From contig JALAGF010005819.1 of the NCBI GenBank assembly GCA_030167865.1, positions 1 to 44,368 on the forward strand: a stretch of 44,368 nt of DNA, read 5' to 3'. The notes beneath the pieces were generated by a model. It was not told where the DNA came from. It did no database searches and saw only the letters and a list, made by a program, of their open reading frames with translations. The translations under genes were made by a program, and so were the position numbers. Below, in pieces: positions 35,736 to 44,368 of the stretch (the first letter of the stretch is position 1; each line of letters begins with the position of its first letter). Source of the stretch: Craspedostauros australis (Eukaryota).

Positions 35736-37308
35736 GATGTGATGATGATACGCGATGTTGTGTGACGGTGTGCTGTGCGCCAGCGTGATGCGATGTGGAA
35801 CCGCTGGGTCCGATGATGCGTTTGGGCACAGTGCAAGCAGAACGCACGACTCCCACACGCCTCCGTCTTCCGCAAGGATGAATCGGCCCAACCTGGTGTG
35901 GAGGACGGAGACGAAGGAGCGCCCAGCGAAGGAGGAAGGCAGGGTCAATTGGGCGATGCCTTTCTTCTTGCTGTGTCCTTGTGCGAGTACGAGCTATGGT
36001 GTGCGAGTGTGTGTGAGTGTTTGCGTCTGTGAGTGTGTATTGGTACACCCCCCCCAGCAGGCAGAAGAGGCTCTTTTCTTCGAACTTGTTCGAGATAGAG
36101 TAGCTTCTTCTTGGTGGCCCTGCTTGATGCCTTCGCTTGTCTCTGCGTCTGCGTCTGTGTCTCTGTCTCTTTGTCTCTGGAGAGACTTGTGATCGCGCCT
36201 CTGTCGATACCAAGTCTTTCAGCGTCTCGTAACCCAATCCAACGCTGTTGCCATTCAAGCTATTGCAGAGTATAGCAGAGAGTACCGCAGGCAACAACTT
36301 TGCTCCCAATTCAACGGCAATGCGACTGGAACCGTGATGTGATGTGCTTTTTGGCGTCTTCCTGCTTGGCCTTCCGTTTTCTGTTCGTGGTTGGTGTTGT
36401 TGTGGAAGCATCACAAGCAAGAACACAGAAGAAGAGCAACAACGCACCAAAATTTGAAAGACGACGCGCCAAAACACACAGAGATCACGCCAAAGAGGCG
36501 ACTGCGCCAATCCGTGGTAAATGTCGCATACGACATTACTGACACTCTTCAATCGTGCGACTTGCGCTTCCAACAATCGGTTAGTCGATGTAGTCGGCCT
36601 TTGTATGTGGACAGTCATTGTTTCACCGAGCGAATGGTGCTTGGAAGTTAAGTGTTCGGTTCGATGAATGACCGTGCTAATCATGACACGTTGTTCGCCG
36701 TAATTGCATCAATCCCAACGGAGATGAAAACACCACGACGACATGGTTGGACAAAAACAACGCGAAGGCGGCGTTCGCGCCACAACCATGAGAGAAATCG
36801 GGGAAAAGACCGAGGATGAAATGGACCGCCTCACCATTTCCACGAACAAGAAAGACACACAGAGACCAAGAAACGCAAGTGGGGACGAATGGAGCAGCGG
36901 TGGTGGTGCGTTGTGTGGTACTCGTAAATGCAATCGAAACCGTGCACTCTGGCTGAGCAGCAGTAATCGTGCAGCACCACCTCCTCCATCAAACCGCCCT
37001 TCTGTGATCCATCGCGACTTCTAACCTTGTGCGGAAGGCCGCGCCTGTTCATTCCATTGTTTTGGCTGCATCCGCAACACCGAGACAACCTCCACAGAAG
37101 AGGTTCCATCGCAACGCCACATCCAAAGGCGAAGGTTGCCATCATCACCACAAACTGTGCATATTATACATCACGGCTATCAGCAGGCAGCATCCATAGA
37201 CAGCATCCATAGACAGCATCAATATAGTAGACACATCGGCATCTCACCTGCATCCAACACAATACCGACACGATACCGACACGATACCAATACGACCGAC
37301 TCGCACCA

Positions 37309-39453
37309 ATGAGGACGATTAGCATGAGCATGAGCAGAGCCCTATTCGGCGCCGTTGTCGTGCTTGCATCGCTACCATCCACGCTGGTCGGCGTCCAGGG
37401 CAGCGTCCAGGGCAGCACAACCAACAATGAACGCGATCTGGCCATTCTGGACATCTACAAGCCAAGGATCGTGCCTCCATGGCTGTGCGGTCTGCAATCG
37501 GAGACGTCCATCTGCAGGAACATGGATGCGATTGTCATGGACCAGCGCCACGTGGCCTCGAAGGCCTCCGAATGGGGCGTGCTGGTGCTCATGCTGCAGT
37601 TCCAGGACCACGGCGACCGTCCCCTGGTGCACCCGCAGGACATTGAGGATCTGTTCAATGCCAGGTTCGAGGAGGACCTGGGCTCCCGCACGCCCACAGG
37701 CTTGGATTTGGACGGAAACAACGGAAACAACGACACTGTGACAGTGGAACAGCAGCAAGACGGGGACGGCAGCAGCAGCAATGTGTGGAAGACGCCGGTG
37801 GCGTCCGTCAACACGTACTTCCAGGCCAACTCCTTCGGCAAGTTCGACACCAAGGCCACCATCATCCCATGGACGATCGTCAATCGCACGGCCGCCAGCT
37901 GCCTCGGTTCCAACGCCTTGGTGCTCGAATGCCTGCACCCCATCCTCGAAGACTTGGACGCTCGCCACGCCGACACGAACCAGCTCTTCGATTGGCGTCA
38001 CGTCGACCAGAATCGCGATGGCGTCATCGACTCCCTCGTTCTGTTGCACAGCGAGTACCACTCGCCCTCCGTGGCGGACGTCACGAGCCAAGTCGGCGAC
38101 GCCCATGCCGCACCGTACACGGCCTCCGTGCCGGAACTGGGCCAGTGGAAATCAAACGTCTTCGACATGCAGGTGGCGACCTACAGCTCCATGTCGGCCT
38201 TCGCGGCCATCCACGATCCCGCCGTCATGGCGCAGGCGCAGCAACTGGATGGCAACGTCTATCGCGCGCCGACGATTCACCTGCGCACCATCCTCATAGA
38301 GCTCATGCATTCCATCGGATTCCCGTCCCTCATCCCGTCCAATCCGCGCGAAGAGGGCCATGGAACGGGGATGTACTCCCTGCTGTCGTTGCCACCGCCC
38401 ATCACAGAAGTGCCCAACACGCAGACGACCAGCATGCTAGATCCCTGGTCGCGCTATCAGCTGGGATGGATCCAGCCCATCCAAATCAAGGGCAACGGCA
38501 AGTTCGACAGCGAACCGTCCAGCGTCAGCGCCAACACGTCCGTCTACATCCTCTCCAAGTCCTATCCGGAGAACGAATACCTCCTCATCGAGAACAGGGA
38601 CACGCTCCTGTTCGACGCGCACCTGCCCACGCCTGGTATCCTCATCTGGCACATCGACGATCGCATTCGTGGCAACTACCGCGCCGGCGGCCCGTACCAG
38701 GACGGATGGCCGCAGAACAACAGGCATTATCAAGTGCGCGTCCTGCAGGCCGATGCGCAGTACAACTTGGAACAAGGCAACAATTTCGGGGACATCGGCG
38801 ACTACTACCGAACGGGCAGCGCGACGTTGGGACCCTCCACGGGCGGACGACGGCTTTCGTCGCATCATCTTCGCAATAATATCTTCAATCAAACAGGACC
38901 CATCTACCCAAACACGGACTCGCATCAAGGCGGCGTCGTCGTTGCCACGGGCATCGCCATTGGCAACTTCACGACGGACGATACCACGAAATCATTCCAA
39001 GTCACAGGTTTCAGCACGGACCACGACAGCGTAGGCGTCGATCTGAGGGGCGAGGTGCTCAAACAGTACTCCAACAAATGCTTGGTCCAAGTCAATGTCA
39101 AGTACTGCGACGATCTCATGGATATCTTTGTCGATTCGCGGCGGCATCTTGAACAGTCGGACGATGGTTGCGAATGCTATCAGTGGTGCGCCGAAACGGG
39201 CGAGGCCACATGCTGTCCCTACGGCACGGCCTGCAACATCAACTGTCCGCGGGGACGATTCGTTGCGGGATGCGTCATTCCGACCAAGAAACAAGACGAC
39301 GACGACAAGCACACGGAGGTGGAGCCGCCCAAGTACGAACCCGTCTCGGATGATGTGACGGATCCAACGCAACCACCAACGTCCGGTGCTGCGGGCATGC
39401 TGTATCGCTGCGGTGTGGCAATCGTGTGCGTCATTCCTTTCCTTTGGATATGA
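37309..39453 (+). CDS. Secreted, probably GPI-anchored M6 (immune inhibitor A-like) metalloprotease homolog with degenerate zinc motif, 714 aa
   Basis: Signal peptide, VLVLMLQFQDH, SVNTYFQANSFGK, DQNRDGVIDSLVLLHS, G.G.YSLLS, LDPWSRYQLGW, NEYLLIENR, GILIWHIDD and QADAQYNLE. It has a Cys-rich C-terminal domain and an SG followed by a hydrophobic tail. Confidence 0.8.
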   Translation: MRTISMSMSRALFGAVVVLASLPSTLVGVQGSVQGSTTNNERDLAILDIYKPRIVPPWLCGLQSETSICRNMDAIVMDQRHVASKASEWGVLVLMLQFQDHGDRPLVHPQDIEDLFNARFEEDLGSRTPTGLDLDGNNGNNDTVTVEQQQDGDGSSSNVWKTPVASVNTYFQANSFGKFDTKATIIPWTIVNRTAASCLGSNALVLECLHPILEDLDARHADTNQLFDWRHVDQNRDGVIDSLVLLHSEYHSPSVADVTSQVGDAHAAPYTASVPELGQWKSNVFDMQVATYSSMSAFAAIHDPAVMAQAQQLDGNVYRAPTIHLRTILIELMHSIGFPSLIPSNPREEGHGTGMYSLLSLPPPITEVPNTQTTSMLDPWSRYQLGWIQPIQIKGNGKFDSEPSSVSANTSVYILSKSYPENEYLLIENRDTLLFDAHLPTPGILIWHIDDRIRGNYRAGGPYQDGWPQNNRHYQVRVLQADAQYNLEQGNNFGDIGDYYRTGSATLGPSTGGRRLSSHHLRNNIFNQTGPIYPNTDSHQGGVVVATGIAIGNFTTDDTTKSFQVTGFSTDHDSVGVDLRGEVLKQYSNKCLVQVNVKYCDDLMDIFVDSRRHLEQSDDGCECYQWCAETGEATCCPYGTACNINCPRGRFVAGCVIPTKKQDDDDKHTEVEPPKYEPVSDDVTDPTQPPTSGAAGMLYRCGVAIVCVIPFLWI

Positions 39454-39627
39454 TGATGCAATCGGGTCAAAACGGGGGATTTGTTGCACAGACAGTAGTG
39501 ATATACACACCATACATAGCGCAGCGTAGCGAATGGCACAAGGGACTATAATGATCAAAGTTGCATCTGCGATTCAGCACATACAAGCCATCCAGTCGTC
39601 TTGCAGTTGACTTGGTATAATCCAACT

Positions 39628-42600
39628 CTATTCACACTCCTGCAAATACCGTTGCTTGTCTTGTGCCGCCATTTCCTCGAACTTTTGCTTGTCTTCATCA
39701 GAAATGGACTTCCATTGTCGCCCGAGCTCCTTGGAGATGTCGCCGAGCTTCGTCAAGGTCTTGGCAACCTCAGGCCTTCTTTCACCACAAAAGAAGATGT
39801 ACGCAGATCTGGGTCGTTTGGGTTGGTTGGAAGATGCGCTGCTCCGTGCCTTCGATTTGGACTTGGACGCCGTCTTCTTCTTCTTCTTCTTCTTCGTCGT
39901 CGTCGTCTTCTTGGGTTTAGCACCGGTCTCCTGATTGCATTCCTCCTCCCATTGCTTCTTCTTCACCTCGTACTCTTCCTTCGACTGCTGCGCCAGTCCA
40001 TCAAACGCTGCTCGGTCCGCTTCAGAGATCTTTGACCACTGCCGGGCAAGCTCCTTCGAGGCCTCTCCAAGCGAGCTTGTGGATTTGGCAACTTCCGATC
40101 GTCTGGCCGCACAAAAGTGTAGATAGGCCGACAGTGGACGTTTTGGTGCCTTTGGCAAGTCCGCGCCCGCCGACGATGACACGCCCCTCGTCTTCCTGCC
40201 CTCCTTGGCAGATCTGGTTTTGGGGTTTGCCGCCTTCTTCTCGATGAGAGCCCACGCGGTGTCCAGAGGTAGGTCGGATGGGTCCTCCATGTACTCGGCA
40301 GGCAGTTTGGCATTCACCTCCCTCCAGTTGATGTAGGAGCCAAAACGACCTCGTTTGACGGTCACCATGGAACCATCCTTCTCGCCCACCTCTACCAGTA
40401 CGCCTCGTGCAGTTTCTAATGTACGAGTAGAGCGGAGAAGCAAGCATCGAAGCGAAGGTGAGTTCTCGAACATTGTATTGTACAGCCATCCCTGGCATCG
40501 ACAACAGTCGCCTGCATACCACACTCGCACAGTAGAGTCATTCGACACAGACAGTCACACATGTTAGTATAACCCAAGCTCACAACACATGAAGCAAGTC
40601 ATTGAATCGATCCCGACACAAACTAATTCAGCGAAACTCACTCGGACTGTTGATGATGCGTTCCGTGACGATGGCTTCAGCTTCTTCGGCATCAATCCAA
40701 ATGACATCAGGGTCGTTCTTCTTCAGGTTCGCGTAGGTACCGTCGTACCTCAAGTACGGACCGTAGGGACCGATCGAACCGACGATGGGCTTTCCATGCA
40801 ACGTGCTGATCGTCTTGGGAAGCTCCAGGTACTTGATTGCCTCCTCGAACGTGAGGCCGATCAGATCCGACAAGGATTGATCCGATTCAGAAACCATACT
40901 CGCATCGATGTTTCGCATTGAACCAATGCTGCGGGGAAGGCTGTGAGTGGTTGTCTTCTCCTCTCCGTCTTCACCCCACTGGAGGTACGAACCGTAGCGT
41001 CCCACCTTGATGAACACTGGACGGCCATCCTCGGGGTGTTCACCGACGATCTCACCGCTCGATTCCTTCGACTTGAGGATCCTTTCCAGCATGGGTTGAG
41101 TGATGGAAGAGATGTCGGCAGCCAGTCCGGGAGGCAAGCTTGCGGATACTGCTTGCTGCGAAGTACTCGCAGTCTCCGCGCCATCGTTATCATCATTCTG
41201 TGAAGTGTCGTCCACCTTTTTCACGTACGGTCCCCACGGACCGATGAATAAGCCCACATTGTTGGCCGCGTCACCGGTCAACGAAGGGAGCTGGGCTCTG
41301 CGCGCGACATCAGGCTCGACCTCCTTGTCGATCCTGTCGATCTGAGCTGCCAGGCCGCTGTCGCCTTTGTAGAAGTTATCGAGATACTTGATCCGTTCTG
41401 CTTCGGCCACATCCGTGTTTGCGATGTGATCCAGCTGCTCCTCCATGCGTGCCGTGAAGTCAGAATCGACGAACATGGGACAGTGATCCTCCAGCAAAGA
41501 GCACACGACGAAGGCAGAGAGTGAGGGGACCATGGGACCTCGTGCACCGGCAGATCCGGTGAAGTCGTCACCACCGGCTGCACGCTGGGCGACAATGTCC
41601 ATGCCCGAAACCTGCTTCTTGGTACCGCGGATGGAATCTTGATTGGCGGCGATGGGACTTCCGACGTAGGCTCTGTCACGCAGCGTCTTCACGATGTTCG
41701 CGTACGTGCTGGGCCTTCCTACGCCGAGGAGCTCCAATTCACGGACGAAGCTGGCTTCAGTGTACCGCGCGGGAGGTTGCGTCACATGATCTGTGCAGGA
41801 AATAGACTTGCATTGCAGCGGTTGGCCTTCAGTGACGGATGGCAGTTCCATTCTCTCTTTGTCAGCATTCGACGCGTACACCGTCGTGTATCCGGGATCT
41901 AGCACAACGCTTCCTGTGGTTCTGAACTGCACATCTGTGTTGCCGTCGGTGCCTTCGATTGTCACGGTGGTCTGATTGGAGATCTGCGGCGGCATGCACG
42001 ATGCCACAGTTCGTCGGAAGATCATCTCGTAGACCTTCACCTCCATAGGACCGACTTTGGATGGAAGATCAAGCGGAAGTAAGAACTTGCCATCGGGCTG
42101 GATGGCAGGGCGGATTGCCTCGTGGGCCGCTTGCGGGTCTACTTCTTTCGGTTTCTCGCTGCCGTCATCTTTTGTCGATGACCTCTTCATCTTCTTGGTT
42201 GATTTCTTTGCCTTCGACGGGTCCTTGGGCTGGAAGTTTGCCTTGCCTCCGTAGTTGGTCACGATGCAATCTAGCACGGCAGCCACCGTGTCGTTGGAGA
42301 GATGGTCGGAGTCGGTTCTCATGTAGCTGATGTATCCATTCTCGTAAAGTTTCTGCGCGCACTGCATGGTCTGGCTCACTGACAGAGCCAATCGCCTGTT
42401 CGCCTCCTGTTGTATGGTCGACGTAATGAATGCAGTGGGCGACTGTGTTTTGCGTTTCGTGGACTTAATCTCGCCGATCTGCCAGCTCCAATCATCAGGC
42501 GAAGCTTCGATTCGTTTCGTCAACTCCGTTGCCTCGGATTCCATGAGGTGATGCTTCTTGCGTCCAGCCCGCGTCAGCTTGTTTGATTCGTTGGGTTCGA

Positions 42601-43867
42601 AGTCGGCAGTGCCAGAGACGAGCTTGATTCCATCGATGGCAACAAGATCAGCGTCAAAGCCTTTGTCATGATGGACGAGCTCCAGACTAGCGAATGTCCC
42701 ATTCAAGCTCCAGTACTCCGATGGCTGGAACCGCAGTCGCTGTCGCTCGCGTTCCACGATCAATGCCATTCCTACAGATTGGACCCGACCAGCCGACAAT
42801 CCCGGGGCGATCTTCTTCCACAGAACAGGGGATACCGTGAATCCAGCAAGCCGATCCAGCACGCGCCTCGTTTCCTGAGCCTGTACAAGGCCGTCCCTCA
42901 ACGAGTCGGACGGATTCTGGATGGCCTCGACGATCGCTTTTGCAGTGATCTCGGTGAATCGAATACGAATGGCTGGCAGTTGGTCCCCTCCGACGCCATT
43001 CTTCTTTTTCTTTTTGGTGTTCGTTGACTTTCCATTCTGCAGACACTCGAGCAGATGCCATGCCATGGCCTCGCCTTCGCGATCATCATCCGTCGCAAGG
43101 ACCAGCTGCTGAGCTTTATCTGCCCAATCCTTGAGTTCCTCGAGCAGTCGGATCTTGCCTGGCATGGTGATGTACTCGGCCTCGTACCTGTCGCCTTCCA
43201 GATCGATCCCAGGTATGAGTTGGTCCTTGGATGTCTTCTGTTTTGGCAGATCGCGAATGTGGCCCATGCAGGATGTGACGACGAAATCATAGTCGAGGTC
43301 ATTTTCCTTGACATGCTTCTGCAGAATCTTGGAGATCGTGGAGCACTTGCTGGGCGATTCAACGATGACGAGCTTGAACGGTCGTTTGGATGTATCAGTC
43401 GGGCCGAACACGGACAGCGACTGTTGCTTGGCGAATTTCGGCGCTGACGATGTTGACGGTGCTGGCGCTGGTGGTGCTGTTGTTGCGGAGTACAGCCGGA
43501 ATGTGCTCAGACGCAGCGGCCTTGGCTGTGGCACGCCAAGAAAACAGCGACCGTGATGACATCGACGAAGATGATGGCTGTGGAGCAGGTGATCGTGTTG
43601 GATCATTCCAACGGGATTGCATGCAGGTTGGAACACTTGCGGCGTGGCGGAAACAGCACGCCGGCGAGTAATGGTAGAACGAGCGATGTCTGAGTTGAGA
43701 GACATTGATGCTCTTGCAGATCGTTGAACACGGCCATTTGTGGCAAAACCCGAGATGAATGAGTGGGTCACGCGAAGCTGCAGCAAAGACACCATCATGC
43801 CGAGCATCAAGATCCTCGCAGACATTCCTGCTGCCATTGTCACTGTGGATGCTGCAGTCGTTGCCAT
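39628..43867 (-). CDS. topA: Organelle-targeted bacterial-type DNA topoisomerase IA with C-terminal repeats and two HMG boxes, 2 exons, 1337 aa
   Basis: Exons 43867-40642 and 40415-39628 (A|AA, in frame). TOPRIM motifs LVIVESPSK and LATDDDREGE, plus SAGRVQS, catalytic GYISYMRTDS, AHEAIRP and GVGRPSTYA. Four G(R/P)(Y/F/W)G(P/S)Y C-terminal repeats precede HMG boxes PKRPLSAYLHFC… and PKRPRSAYIFFC…. Signal peptide ends THS|F. Confidence 0.92.
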
Positions 43868-44368
43868 CCCCTCACTGCCACTTCCAGTATTGAGAGTATA
43901 CTACTCTAGTTGGTATCCTGGATGATGATGGGGCAGGGTACCGCTGATGGTTGGTTTGTAACTCGAGTACTTGTGTAGTATGGTAGTGTGGAATAGTAGG
44001 TAGGATACACCGAAGTGATAGCGACACGGAGAGTGATTACACGAGCGCAGCTCTTCACGGAACAAAATGATTTTTTGTCAACTGTCTGAACATTTGTGGT
44101 GGGAGATGTGTTTGACGTTTGCGATCCACTCGTGTCTCAACTAAGGAGGTATGACTGGAAGAGAATGAGACAGGTCACGGACGAACAAGTACTGATCTAG
44201 CCTCCTCTTGACATGCCCTGAAACCAGATTGAATNACACATCTGGATTCTGACACCAAGACGGATCCTGACGTGTTGCAGTGGCGAGGATTGCAAGCAGA
44301 GAGAAAGGATGCAAACAACAGAAACATCGCATCACTCTCACAACAGCAGCATCCATCACATCGAGCAT

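Noticed and set aside
35689..36684. 331-aa minus-strand ORF
   Set aside because: It overlaps the start of the membrane-protein gene in another frame and runs through microsatellite-like UTR sequence. It has no motif support, though a short real gene cannot be excluded.
44141..44368. Terminal sequence, possibly the start of another repeat
   Set aside because: It is truncated by the window edge and shows no diagnostic termini.

Overview
Eukaryotic genomic scaffold, most likely a diatom or related photosynthetic stramenopile. The evidence is GT-AG introns, bipartite plastid presequences with an A/S-F cleavage motif, CYP97, and diatom-style PT/PS-repeat secreted proteins. Bases ~1-6450 are a nested cluster of decayed transposons: two copies of an LTR-like end, a probable LINE fragment, a Copia-type 3' end plus LTR, and a ~3.45 kb non-autonomous DNA transposon with long inverted repeats and hairpin-forming subterminal motifs. 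From ~8.4 kb on there are 13 intact protein-coding genes plus one pseudogene. In order: a decayed paralog next to a secreted Cys-rich/PS-repeat protein, a thylakoid-lumen pentapeptide protein, CYP97B, a plastid TauD/clavaminate-synthase-like dioxygenase, a DUF3593-Ycf49 fusion, a CAX Ca2+/H+ exchanger, a small coiled-coil protein, a DUF445-like protein, an NYC1/NOL-like SDR, a type-I membrane protein, an M6-like protease lacking zinc ligands, and an organellar type IA topoisomerase fused to two HMG boxes. Exon boundaries were worked out by hand and checked for frame continuity. Family assignments come from motif recognition, not database searches. The best novelty candidates are the TopA-tandem-HMG fusion, the run of plastid-targeted pigment-related enzymes, and the TIR element. 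No rRNA, tRNA or CRISPR array was recognised.
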